NCBI GenBank assembly: GCA_002773395.1
Contig: PFBI01000004.1
Coordinates: forward strand, 12,615-76,614
Source of the DNA: Candidatus Kaiserbacteria bacterium CG10_big_fil_rev_8_21_14_0_10_47_16
Lineage (GTDB): Bacteria; Patescibacteriota; Minisyncoccia; Phycocordibacterales; UBA918
Reading direction: 5' to 3'
DNA: 64,000 nucleotides
The notes under the pieces were generated by a model. It was not told where the DNA came from, searched no databases, and saw only the letters and a list, made by a program, of their open reading frames with translations. Of the stretch, positions 43,493 to 56,633 are shown in pieces. Within the stretch, counting starts at the first letter, position 1; every line of letters begins with the position of its first letter. A program made the translations under genes and the position numbers.

Positions 43493-46400
43493 ATGGCAAA
43501 AGATACATCAAAGGGAACAGTGGCACCGACCGTTGGAATGCTTCCAAAGAAGTACTTCAAGAAATATCGACCACCACTCGTTGAGCTCCCGGATCTCATC
43601 CAGCCACAACGCGAATCATACAAGTGGTTTGTTGAGACTGCGCTTAAAGAAGTGTTTAAGGAATTTTCACCAATTTCAGACTACTCAGACAAAAAGTTTG
43701 AGCTCGTCTTTAAGAAGTACGAACTCGGGAAGGCAAAGTGCACCCCAGAGTTTGCAAAGGAAAATAAACTTACCTACGACGCACCACTCCGTGCGAGTGT
43801 TGTTCTTAAGAACAAGACGCTTGCCTCTGATAAGGAGCAGGAAATCTTTTTTGCCGATATTCCTGTCATGACTGATCACGGTACCTTCATCATCAACGGT
43901 GTTGAACGAGTTATTGTGCCGCAGCTCGCACGTTCGTACGGTATCTTCTTTACGACACAGGAACAGAAAGGACGCACATACTTTGGTGCGAAGATTATTC
44001 CCGCACGAGGTGCATGGGTAGAAATCGAATCTGAAGCCGATGGTGCGATCTATGTGAAGATTGACCGAAAGCGAAAGTTCCCCGTCACAGCACTCCTCCG
44101 CGTATTTGGTGTTGAGACTGAAAAGGAAATGCTTGCGCTCTTCAAGAAAATTCCTGGAGGTGAAGCATATCTCAAGACAACGCTTGAAAAAGACCCCGCA
44201 AAGACAACTGATGATGCGTTTATCGAAATCTACCGACGCCTCCGCGACGGTGATCTTGCGACAGTAGAAAATGCCCGTGAATTCATCGGGTCTATTTTCG
44301 CGTCTGCACGATACGATCTTTCAGAGATTGGACGCCATCACTTCAATGAACGATCAGGACGCCCAACAGACAAGAAGGCAACAGACGAGCGAACAGTATC
44401 ACTCGATGACCTCATCACGATTCTTGATCACATCATCGTGCACAACGCGACTCCAGGAGCAACGGCAGACGACATCGACCACCTCGGATTCCGCCGCGTA
44501 CGTTACTTTGGTGAAATGCTCCAACAGCGCGTTCGTGTGGGTCTTACTCGCATGAAGCGAAATATTCAGGACCGTATGTCTACGATTGAAGCAGAGACAT
44601 CACTTCCGATTCAACTCATCAACCCGCGTCCACTCCAGGCTGCGATTAAGGAATTCTTTACGACCAACCAGCTTTCACAGTTCATGCCACAGCAGAACAT
44701 TCTTGCTGAACTTGAAGGACTCCGAACACTCTCAGCGCTCGGTCCCGGTGGTCTTACACGAGAACGAGCAGGTTTTGAAGTACGTGACGTACACACAAGT
44801 CACTACGGACGCCTCTGCCCAATCCACACACCAGAAGGACCAAACATCGGTCTTATCCTTCGTCTTTCAATGTACTCACGGGTAAACCGATTCGGTATTA
44901 TCGAAACGCCGTACGCGAAGGTGGTGAAGGGAGTTGTTACTGGAGAAATCGTTTATCTTAACGCCCACGAAGAAGAAAAGTTTGCAATTGCACACGCAGC
45001 AACAAATGTTGACGACAGTGGCAAGATCATGCAAGACATTGTGGAAGCACGACGCGGTGGGGAACCACGTGCGATTGAAAAGAATGAAATTGATTTCATG
45101 GATGTTGCGACGAACCAAGCGTTCTCAGTCGCAACCTCAATGATTCCATTCCTTAACCACGACGATGCGAACCGTGCGCTCATGGGGTCAAACATGCAGA
45201 AGCAGGCGACACCATGTATCGTGCCAGAAGCACCACTTGTCGCAACAGGTATTGAAGAAATTGCAGCGCGAGACACTGGTCGCGTACTCTTTGCAAAGGA
45301 AGCAGGAGACGTTGTTGAAGCTGACGCAAAGCATGTTGTCGTAAAAGGAAAAGATGGAAAGAAGATCGAGTATCCACTCATCAGCTTCCAGCGAACCAAC
45401 GACTTCTCAGCCTTCTACCACCGTTGTGCGGTAACGGTAGGAGACAAACTCAAGCGAGGAGATCTTATTGCAGACACCTCATCAACTGATAACGGACAAA
45501 TGGCACTTGGGCAAAATGCACTCGTTGCCTTCATGAGTTGGAACGGAGCAAACTACGAAGACGCGATTATTATTTCAGAACGTCTCGTAAAGGATAGTAA
45601 GTTTGCAACGGTACACATGGACGAGCTTGAGGTGTCAGTACGTGATACAAAACTCGGCCCAGAAGTAACGACTCCAGACATTCCAAACGTATCAGAACAG
45701 AAACTCCGCAACCTTGATGAAAACGGAATCATCCGCATTGGTGCGGAAGTACGTACGGGAGATATTCTTGTCGGTAAAGTAACACCAAAAGGTGAAACAC
45801 AGCTTACGCCAGAAGAGCGCCTCCTCCGTTCTATCTTCGGAGAAAAGGCAAAGGATGTGAAAGACACATCACTCCGTCTTGAAGCAGGGAAGCGAGGTCG
45901 CGTTATTGGCGTGAAAATTTTCTCACGTGAAAATGGTGACCAACTCGAAAGCGGTGTTATCAAGCGAATCCACATTACCGTCGCGCAAGTTCGAAACGTT
46001 TCTGTGGGAGACAAGCTTGCGGGACGTCACGGTAACAAGGGAGTTATCTCACGTATTCTTCCTGAGGAAGATATGCCGTACACCGAAGACGGAAAGCCAA
46101 TTGATATTCTCCTTACACCGCTCGGAGTACCAAGTCGTATGAACCTCGGTCAGATTCTCGAGCTTCACCTTGGTATGGCTGCAAATACACTTGGCTACCA
46201 GGCAATCGTGCCACCGTTTGCAGGAGCAACAGAAGATGAAATCAAGGACGAGCTCGAAGCAGCAGGATTTGAACGTGACGGGAAGCTTTGGCTCCGTGAC
46301 GGTCGAACGGGCGAACAATTCGCACAGAAGACATCAGTCGGATACATGTACATCTTGAAACTCCACCACATGGTAGAGGACAAGATTCACATGCGTTCAA

Positions 46401-46720
46401 TTGGTCCGTACTCTCTTATTACCCAGCAGCCGCTCGGTGGTAAGGCGCAGGTTGGAGGTCAGCGATTTGGAGAAATGGAAGTGTGGGCACTTCTCGGATA
46501 CGGTGCTGCGTACACACTTCGTGAAATGCTCACGATTAAGTCTGACGATATCGTTGGTCGTAGTGCAGCATTTGACGCGATTGTGCGTGGTGAGCGTATT
46601 GCACACCCACATACGCCAGCAGCGTTCAACGTGCTTGTTAATCAGCTTCGTGGTCTTGCGCTTGATATCGATCTCAAGCGTGAGGATATGCCGCGCTTGC
46701 AGCGTCGAAGTCGCAATTAA
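43493..46720 (+). CDS. rpoB: DNA-directed RNA polymerase subunit beta
   Basis: 1075 aa with conserved Rpb2 blocks (…GRHGNKGV…, …GGQRFGEMEVWAL…). Confidence 0.95.
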   Translation: MAKDTSKGTVAPTVGMLPKKYFKKYRPPLVELPDLIQPQRESYKWFVETALKEVFKEFSPISDYSDKKFELVFKKYELGKAKCTPEFAKENKLTYDAPLRASVVLKNKTLASDKEQEIFFADIPVMTDHGTFIINGVERVIVPQLARSYGIFFTTQEQKGRTYFGAKIIPARGAWVEIESEADGAIYVKIDRKRKFPVTALLRVFGVETEKEMLALFKKIPGGEAYLKTTLEKDPAKTTDDAFIEIYRRLRDGDLATVENAREFIGSIFASARYDLSEIGRHHFNERSGRPTDKKATDERTVSLDDLITILDHIIVHNATPGATADDIDHLGFRRVRYFGEMLQQRVRVGLTRMKRNIQDRMSTIEAETSLPIQLINPRPLQAAIKEFFTTNQLSQFMPQQNILAELEGLRTLSALGPGGLTRERAGFEVRDVHTSHYGRLCPIHTPEGPNIGLILRLSMYSRVNRFGIIETPYAKVVKGVVTGEIVYLNAHEEEKFAIAHAATNVDDSGKIMQDIVEARRGGEPRAIEKNEIDFMDVATNQAFSVATSMIPFLNHDDANRALMGSNMQKQATPCIVPEAPLVATGIEEIAARDTGRVLFAKEAGDVVEADAKHVVVKGKDGKKIEYPLISFQRTNDFSAFYHRCAVTVGDKLKRGDLIADTSSTDNGQMALGQNALVAFMSWNGANYEDAIIISERLVKDSKFATVHMDELEVSVRDTKLGPEVTTPDIPNVSEQKLRNLDENGIIRIGAEVRTGDILVGKVTPKGETQLTPEERLLRSIFGEKAKDVKDTSLRLEAGKRGRVIGVKIFSRENGDQLESGVIKRIHITVAQVRNVSVGDKLAGRHGNKGVISRILPEEDMPYTEDGKPIDILLTPLGVPSRMNLGQILELHLGMAANTLGYQAIVPPFAGATEDEIKDELEAAGFERDGKLWLRDGRTGEQFAQKTSVGYMYILKLHHMVEDKIHMRSIGPYSLITQQPLGGKAQVGGQRFGEMEVWALLGYGAAYTLREMLTIKSDDIVGRSAAFDAIVRGERIAHPHTPAAFNVLVNQLRGLALDIDLKREDMPRLQRRSRN

Positions 46721-46746
46721 TAGCTTCAAGTAATCAATTCATCAAT

Positions 46747-50421
<3,675 letters not shown>

Positions 50422-50437
50422 ATCCCTACGTATTCGC

Positions 50438-50468
50438 AAAAAGCCGGTGTTTCTAACACCGGCTTTTT
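50438..50468 (+). terminator. Rho-independent terminator after rpoC
   Basis: aaaaagccggtg-tttctaa-caccggcttttt. Confidence 0.85.
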
Positions 50469-50501
50469 GCTATCGCAAGGGTCTGGTCGTATACTGGATA
50501 T

Positions 50502-50744
50502 ATGAAGGAACTCAAAGCAGGGCAGCGATACAGACACTTTCGTACACAAAATACGTATATTATTCTTGGTATCGGGCATCATACTGAGACGGTCGAAAAG
50601 TTGGTTATCTACCAAGGGGAATACGAAGACCCTAAGTTTGGTGTTCACCCAATTTGGGCTCGTCCGTACGAGATGTTTATTGAAGATGTAGAGGTTGAAG
50701 GGGAACCGGTAGAGCGATTTACACTCATTCAAGATATTGTATGA
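50502..50744 (+). CDS. DUF1653-family small protein
   Basis: …YRHFRTQNTYIILGIGHHTETVEKLVIYQ…WARPYEMFIEDVEV… resembles DUF1653 from memory. Confidence 0.55.
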   Translation: MKELKAGQRYRHFRTQNTYIILGIGHHTETVEKLVIYQGEYEDPKFGVHPIWARPYEMFIEDVEVEGEPVERFTLIQDIV

Positions 50745-51208
50745 GTAAAAAAGTAATGACCATTACTTTTTTGTATCAATCACCAAATATTTTACTTGGC
50801 ATGAAGAAGCGCGGATTTGGGGCAGGGAGGTGGAATGGGTTTGGCGGCAAGGTAGAGGAAGGAGAGTCAATTGAAGATACTGCACGAAGGGAAATATTTG
50901 AAGAAGCAGGAATACATGTTGGAACTCTAGATAAGAGAGGTATCCTCAATTTTACATTTGAACACAATGACGATCACATAGAGGCACACGTTTTTAATAC
51001 AAAAGATTTTGAAGGGGAAATAACAGAGAGTGAGGAAATGCGTCCACAGTGGTTTAAGGTTAGTGAAATTCCATTTACTGAGATGTGGAAGTCGGACACA
51101 ATCTGGCTACCGCTGTTCTTAGAGGGGAAACATTTCACCGGTAGCTTTCACTTCGATGAATCCCACACTGTTCTGATGCATGGGCTACAAGAGAATGCAC
51201 AATTATGA
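50741..51208 (+). CDS. NUDIX hydrolase (MutT-like)
   Basis: Nudix box GGKVEEGESIEDTARREIFEEAGI. Start overlaps the previous gene by 4 bp. Confidence 0.8.
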   Translation: MSKKVMTITFLYQSPNILLGMKKRGFGAGRWNGFGGKVEEGESIEDTARREIFEEAGIHVGTLDKRGILNFTFEHNDDHIEAHVFNTKDFEGEITESEEMRPQWFKVSEIPFTEMWKSDTIWLPLFLEGKHFTGSFHFDESHTVLMHGLQENAQL

Positions 51209-51582
51209 AATAAGCGTCGACTTCCCTAGAGCTAAAGCATTTTAGACAGGGAAGGGCATACTTGCCTATCAAGTATGAAATTCTTTTGACCGACAGTCTC
51301 CGGAAATGTATCGAAATAGAGATCGGAGAGAGTTCGTAGATATTAAAGAGAGAATAATTATGGAGACGAGGATCAACTCGGTACAAAGCCCAGCGCCTTA
51401 ACTGCAGGGAACCCCCTCATTGTATAATGTATAAGCGTCGCACAATATATCTTTTACGACCTATATATACATCTAAACAAAGCTCTGTACGCCTCTGTGA
51501 GGTTCCTTGATTGGTTGAGCCATAGTAAGAGTCCTGTGTGTACTACTATCTTTTATCAACGTAATCCTTAAATCGTAAAATA

Positions 51583-51615
51583 ACAAAAAGCTGCACATTT
51601 GTGCAGCTTTTTGTT
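51583..51615. terminator. Bidirectional rho-independent terminator
   Basis: aacaaaaagctgcaca-ttt-gtgcagctttttgtt. Confidence 0.8.
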
Positions 51616-51636
51616 ATTTTCTTTCTTGGTTTGAAT

Positions 51637-52254
51637 TTAGTAATTCAAAGAACCGCCCACTGATGTATCGAGATCTACGGATGCTCCAGCTCCTGTACCG
51701 GTTGCTTGTGTGCTACCAGTGACACTTGTATCGCTGTCTATAGATCCGCTGGTGTCTCCCCCACTCTGATTCATTTCTGCTGAGCTATCATTTTGCATGT
51801 TGGTATTCAATGATGCATCAATAGAAGTAATTATGTGAGCAAGCGTTGTTTCTGTACTTTCAGCATTTGTACGAATCTCGGCTTCAAGAGTATCAATTGA
51901 ACTCTGGAAGTTAGAGAATTCTGCTTGTGCTTTCGCATCAGCATCTACATATGCTGTAGTAAGGTCAGTACGGATACTCTCAAGCGTGCTAAGTGCGAGC
52001 GTAACATTTGCGTCGGCTCCTGCTTGGAGATTTGTACGGAGATCAACGAGACTTTGTCGTGCCTTTACCTTTGCGTCAGCGATACGAGCTTCGCTTTCTG
52101 CTTGCATCTCAGCTGTCGCTTCAGTGTCAGCAGACGGTTTTTGTTTCTCGTATACTTTGACTGCAGCAACGCCACCAATACCGAGGACTGCGATAATGAC
52201 AATAATGACGATAAGGCCGAGTCCTTGGTTGTGATTCTTATATGTTGTGTTCAT
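51637..52254 (-). CDS. Membrane-anchored Ala/Thr/Ser-rich low-complexity protein; unknown function
   Basis: N-terminal transmembrane segment (LGLIVIIVIIAVLGIGGV), then an A/E/T-rich region and a Ser/Thr/Gly-rich tail. Confidence 0.4.
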   Translation of the reverse strand: MNTTYKNHNQGLGLIVIIVIIAVLGIGGVAAVKVYEKQKPSADTEATAEMQAESEARIADAKVKARQSLVDLRTNLQAGADANVTLALSTLESIRTDLTTAYVDADAKAQAEFSNFQSSIDTLEAEIRTNAESTETTLAHIITSIDASLNTNMQNDSSAEMNQSGGDTSGSIDSDTSVTGSTQATGTGAGASVDLDTSVGGSLNY

Positions 52255-52311
52255 AATCCTGAATGTACGTTAATGTTGCTAAGTCGATAAATAATGATGA
52301 GCTTGTCGCGA

Positions 52312-52671
52312 TTAGACTTCGTCTTGTCGTGAAAGTTCTGAATGAGCCTCATATTTGGTTACCGGTCGAGTCATAAGAATGAGTCGTATGATTCCCCACG
52401 CGACGAACCAATATACCAATATAGCAAGTATGGTATTAAGTTCGAGCGCACTCCCTTCGAGTGTTGGTGTGCTGAATACAAACTGAAATGGGGCCACAAG
52501 AACACCGGAAATCGAGTATACAATTTGCGTGAACTGAGCGCCAGCATTTGCGCCAAAAAGACGCAAAATAAGACGAAGGATCAAGAGTGCCTCTACGACA
52601 CTGAATATGTACCATACGACGCGAGTCATTTGATACAGAGCCTTCTCTTGCGCATTAGGTAGTGTGTTCAT
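52312..52671 (-). CDS. Small integral membrane protein, YggT-like
   Basis: Two or three transmembrane segments. …VVEALLILRLILRLF… resembles YggT. Tentative. The ORF is open to 52701. Confidence 0.4.
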   Translation of the reverse strand: MNTLPNAQEKALYQMTRVVWYIFSVVEALLILRLILRLFGANAGAQFTQIVYSISGVLVAPFQFVFSTPTLEGSALELNTILAILVYWFVAWGIIRLILMTRPVTKYEAHSELSRQDEV

Positions 52672-52845
52672 AGATTCTGTGATGAATGAATAGTCTAACA
52701 ATGTTCGACGGTGAGTGGACGAGTATCGCGTACTCGTTGTACTCTACGTACCAGTATTCCATATAATCCATGAAGTCTTTATGAAGACCTCTTTCCCTGG
52801 TGTGAGAGATCTAATTAATAGAAAATCCTTAGTATGAGCCGTACT

Positions 52846-52868
52846 TTTCTTCATGATTTCTTCATGGC
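52846..52868. promoter_or_regulatory. Tandem direct repeat TTTCTTCATGA / TTTCTTCATGG with 11-nt periodicity, upstream of the response regulator gene. Candidate OmpR-family binding site
   Basis: Read directly. Related half-sites CATGAAG at 52769-52789 and the palindrome TTCATGAA at 54946-54953. Confidence 0.3.
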
Positions 52869-52940
52869 CAGCATGAGACTATACTAAGGTAACTGTCGTA
52901 AAAAGACTTTTTCAGCACCATTAAATTTTGAAATGTTCTT

Positions 52941-53612
52941 ATGAGAATTCTACTTATTGAAGATGAGGAAAAATTGGCACAGTCACTCATGCGTGGTCTG
53001 AGCAAGCGCGGATACGCGGTAGACCATCTCACCGAGGGTAAACCTGCTACAGAAAGACTCTCTTTGTACCGGAATGAGTACGATCTTGCGATACTCGACC
53101 TTACTCTTCCGGACACGGACGGATTTGCCGTGTGTAAAAACGTGCGAGATATGGGTGTTACCCTCCCTATTCTCGTGTTAACTGCTCGCTCAAGTGTAGA
53201 CGACAAAGTATCTCTCCTTCGAGCGGGTGCGGACGATTACATGGTGAAGCCGTTTGCCTTCCAAGAGCTTCTTGCTCGTATTCAGGCAATCATGCGTCGT
53301 CCAGAAGAAATTGTCCCTGACGAGCTTACCGTTGGAGAATTTACGCTCAACAAAACGACACATCGCGTATTTCGTGATGGTACTGAGCTTATTTTGACAC
53401 TCAAAGAGTTCATGCTACTTGAGTACTTCATGCGACACCCAAATCAAGTAATTAAGAGAGACGATGTACTCGACCATGCGTGGGAGTTTGACTTTTCGTC
53501 ATTGAGTAATATTGTTGATGTGCACGTTAAAAATCTACGTAAAAAAATTGGCAACGATGGAAATGAAATCATTAAAACAGTTCGCGGGGTGGGATATCAA
53601 TTTATGGCGTAG
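52941..53612 (+). CDS. OmpR-family response regulator (receiver plus winged-helix domain)
   Basis: MRILLIEDEEKLA…DLTLPDTDG…LTAR…DDYMVKPF, and a C-terminal wHTH. Confidence 0.9.
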   Translation: MRILLIEDEEKLAQSLMRGLSKRGYAVDHLTEGKPATERLSLYRNEYDLAILDLTLPDTDGFAVCKNVRDMGVTLPILVLTARSSVDDKVSLLRAGADDYMVKPFAFQELLARIQAIMRRPEEIVPDELTVGEFTLNKTTHRVFRDGTELILTLKEFMLLEYFMRHPNQVIKRDDVLDHAWEFDFSSLSNIVDVHVKNLRKKIGNDGNEIIKTVRGVGYQFMA

Positions 53613-54684
53613 ATACCAGAACGATTTATTCTTCCGTACGACGTGTCATATTATTGCCCTTCAGGTATTTTTAGCAGGTATTCTTGCTGCGGTATTCTGG
53701 TATTCTCTGCAGTATTTAGGACAGAACGTTGCTTCAAAGTCGCTCGATCAAATACAAATGATGTTGCTTGGTTCTCACACGACGCAGGCAGAATTCTCTG
53801 CAACAATTGAGGATGTTGCAAATACGCAGTTTTATCCAGCAGCAACAATCCTCATCGCGATCGCACTCTGCTTTGCATTTATTACTACATACATTGCACT
53901 CACCCCGACGAGGCGGTCACTTGAAAGAAAAAGGCGGTTTATCAATAACGTGGCTCATGAATTGCGCACTCCCCTTGCGGTTATTCGTACCAATACTGAA
54001 GTTGCACTTCTTGAAGAGAATATTCCACAACATATAGAGGGAGTTTTAAAAGATACGGTCGAGGAACTTGGTCGTATCTCGGGAATTATGGATAACCTCC
54101 TTACACTCAGTAGTATGATGCGTTTGACTGAAATGAAATTTAGCGATATTGATCTCCATACCGTGGTTGAGAATGCTCTCGAGACACTCGAACATTCACT
54201 TAAGAAACGAAATGTTACGGTGGAGATACAAGGAGATACTGAATTCGTTATTGGTAATACGATTGCACTTGAACAGGTTGTATTTAACTTGGTTAAGAAT
54301 GCTGCAAACCACAGTGACCCTGGCAGCACAGTCGTCGTCACTATAGCTGCTACACCATGGGGACATGTTGACGTGAGTATTACTGATACAGGAAGCGGAA
54401 TTGCCCCAGATGATCTGTATTATATATTTGAACCGTTCTATCGAGCACAAAAGACTCCGCGTCACCCCGGAAGCGGTCTCGGACTTGCTATCGTCAGTGA
54501 CATTGTTCGAGCACACCGCGGAAAAATTTCTGTGCAGAGTGCACTCAACGTTGGTACTACGGTCACGGTCTCCCTTCCCTGCGCAGTGAAAGATGTTCCA
54601 CCGGAAAAAACACAACATGAGATTGATCACCCAGAAATAAAGAAAGTTTCTGTCGATTACTCGAAGTCACTATTTCACGATTAG
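53557..54684 (+). CDS. Sensor histidine kinase (two transmembrane segments, HisKA, HATPase_c)
   Basis: H-box FINNVAHELRTPLAVI. N, G1 and G2 boxes (…DTGSGIAPDD…GSGLGLAIV…). Start is uncertain and overlaps the regulator gene end. Confidence 0.85.
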   Translation: MEMKSLKQFAGWDINLWRRYQNDLFFRTTCHIIALQVFLAGILAAVFWYSLQYLGQNVASKSLDQIQMMLLGSHTTQAEFSATIEDVANTQFYPAATILIAIALCFAFITTYIALTPTRRSLERKRRFINNVAHELRTPLAVIRTNTEVALLEENIPQHIEGVLKDTVEELGRISGIMDNLLTLSSMMRLTEMKFSDIDLHTVVENALETLEHSLKKRNVTVEIQGDTEFVIGNTIALEQVVFNLVKNAANHSDPGSTVVVTIAATPWGHVDVSITDTGSGIAPDDLYYIFEPFYRAQKTPRHPGSGLGLAIVSDIVRAHRGKISVQSALNVGTTVTVSLPCAVKDVPPEKTQHEIDHPEIKKVSVDYSKSLFHD

Positions 54685-54876
54685 ATAAATCAAAGAGAGG
54701 TTCACGTAACTCTCATCGCGTATCAGTATACTGAGTGAGTAGTCTGCTGCGCGCGGGCAGATGAGATGGTCGAACATCCGTTTTTGTTAGCGTAAATACA
54801 GCCATTACGTATGACACAACCGTGTATGAACGCACCGGTAGAATCTGTTCATAAAAAGTGTATACAAGCATAGTAA

Positions 54877-54918
54877 GGGGAGATTGCGGGCGCTTCGGCG
54901 TCGCAATCTCCCCTTTTT
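54877..54918 (+). terminator. Strong rho-independent terminator ~190 nt downstream of the kinase stop
   Basis: ggggagattgcg-(ggcgcttcggcgt)-cgcaatctcccc followed by TTTTT. Confidence 0.8.
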
Positions 54919-55027
54919 GCATCCGACATGAAGAAAAATATTTACTTCATGAAGAGTTCATCGACATTATGTTCTACTAGGAGAGTATTACTAGCGGCAT
55001 CCTAGATGTCTAATTCAATACATACCT

Positions 55028-55582
55028 ATGAACAAACTATATATGATTGGTGTAGGGATGGTAACACTTAGTTTGCCACTCACCTCACTTGCAGCAACGT
55101 ACTTTTATGTTGACACGAGTGGTGAAGTGCAAACTGTTGAAGCTTCAGATTCAACAGAGGCGCTTACCCTCTCTGCCCACGACCGAGCGGTACACAGTGG
55201 CGTTGCGATTGATCGAGGCGTTATTAACGAAGGAGATGTTGTACTCAGTGTCGCCCTCGGCACAAGTACCGATATTGGAAGTGGCCCGTATGTCTATCAA
55301 TATGTGAACACGAATGGAACGCTTAGTTCTGTCAGTGCTTCAAGTGCAGATATGGCACTCTCGCTCTCTGCGTACAATCGAGCTTCAAATAGTGGCGTTA
55401 TGCTCGTACGCGGAATGGGTGGATCAGTAGAAAATACTACGTATCCAACAGGTACCCTTTTCACGTATCAATACATCGATGTGAATGGAAACCTCCGATC
55501 TATTGAAGCAGCGAATGCGTCTCTTGCGATTACGCTCGCAACAAATCGAGATCCTCACAGTGGTGTGGTCTTCGTTAAGTAG
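55028..55582 (+). CDS. Secreted protein built from three ~55-aa tandem repeats
   Basis: Signal peptide. Repeats are Y[FVT]YQY[VI]…G.L.S[VI]…L[ST]L[SA]…R…[HN]SGV…. Confidence 0.55.
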   Translation: MNKLYMIGVGMVTLSLPLTSLAATYFYVDTSGEVQTVEASDSTEALTLSAHDRAVHSGVAIDRGVINEGDVVLSVALGTSTDIGSGPYVYQYVNTNGTLSSVSASSADMALSLSAYNRASNSGVMLVRGMGGSVENTTYPTGTLFTYQYIDVNGNLRSIEAANASLAITLATNRDPHSGVVFVK

Positions 55583-55612
55583 ATCTCACATACCTGTAAT
55601 CCGTGCAGGAAA

Positions 55613-55644
55613 TAAAAAACCGCTCCAAAATGGAGCGGTTTTTA
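55613..55644. terminator. Bidirectional rho-independent terminator
   Basis: aaaaaaccgctcca-aaa-tggagcggttttt. Confidence 0.85.
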
Positions 55645-55655
55645 TTGGCTACCTC

Positions 55656-56483
55656 TTACTGATAGTACTTCGCGCTATCGAGTATCTGAAGCGCTTCGTG
55701 TACTTGGTAAATTGCTTCAGCGGCATCATTATCAATAAGGGCTTCCTTAATATTTTGGAGGCGCTTATTTACCTTCGCTGCAGTATTTTCGTCCGGGTTC
55801 TCTCGCTTGATTGCCTTAAGGAGCACATCAAGTTGGTCGTTTACGTACGCCTGAAGTGTTTCTGCGTCAGTACCGGCAACGAAGACGAGTACGAATCCTT
55901 TGTACGTTTCGTTGATGCTTCGGAGTCGTTCTATTGCTGCATCATCAAGCGATTCGAGGTTTGGATTTTCTGCAATCTCGTTTTCTTGAAGTTCGAGAAT
56001 CACGGCTGCGTCATGGAGTGTCGTCATCGCTTCTCCCTGTGTGATGTTCTCATTTGTTTCGATGATAGAACGAAGATCATCCGTATTTCGTGCAAGTTGA
56101 TTCTGGATAACTTCCCGCGTTTTATCACTCATAGGCTTGTCAGGGTTGAGGCGTGTGAGTTCATCAAGACGTCGTTGCATGAGCTTGATTTGGTAGGCAG
56201 CCTTTTCGTGTGTTGAGACTTGCAAACCTTGCATTGCTGGCTCTACCACATTGACTTTGATGCCGTAAAAGATACTTCCTGGAATACTCCGTACTCCAAG
56301 AAAGCCAATGACAATAAGTACAATGATAACGACAAGTATCGCGAGGAGTACCTTCCGTAATCGGCCACCACTTCGAGGTGCGGTGTACATGCCATTCTGT
56401 GGGTCGTTCCCCGTTCCTGTTCCTGAGAATGCGCGTCGTATCTTTCCGATAATTCGCTCTACGATGTTTTGTCCGCTATTCAT
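55656..56483 (-). CDS. Membrane-anchored hypothetical protein with an extracytoplasmic alpha-helical domain
   Basis: Transmembrane segment (LLAILVVIIVLIVIGFLGV). Start at MNSGQN; the ORF is open to 56624. Confidence 0.45.
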   Translation of the reverse strand: MNSGQNIVERIIGKIRRAFSGTGTGNDPQNGMYTAPRSGGRLRKVLLAILVVIIVLIVIGFLGVRSIPGSIFYGIKVNVVEPAMQGLQVSTHEKAAYQIKLMQRRLDELTRLNPDKPMSDKTREVIQNQLARNTDDLRSIIETNENITQGEAMTTLHDAAVILELQENEIAENPNLESLDDAAIERLRSINETYKGFVLVFVAGTDAETLQAYVNDQLDVLLKAIKRENPDENTAAKVNKRLQNIKEALIDNDAAEAIYQVHEALQILDSAKYYQ

Positions 56484-56633
56484 AATTATAATTTTTTGTA
56501 TGTTAAAAGGTTTGCCCCGAAAGCCCAGCGAAGAGCTGGGCTTTCGATTCGGGTAAGTTCCTACGAGCGGTTGCTCGCATATATAGTGTAGCAATTTAGA
56601 GGCTTTTTGGTTAGGGGTATCCACACCTCAATT

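Noticed and set aside
51209-51636. RNase P RNA, tmRNA or SRP RNA in the large intergenic gap
   Set aside because: None of the conserved primary-sequence signatures was found on either strand. RNase P would need a P4 GGAAAGTCCGG element, tmRNA a tRNA-like 3' end with a T-arm, and SRP a domain IV motif. The region is left as unknown.
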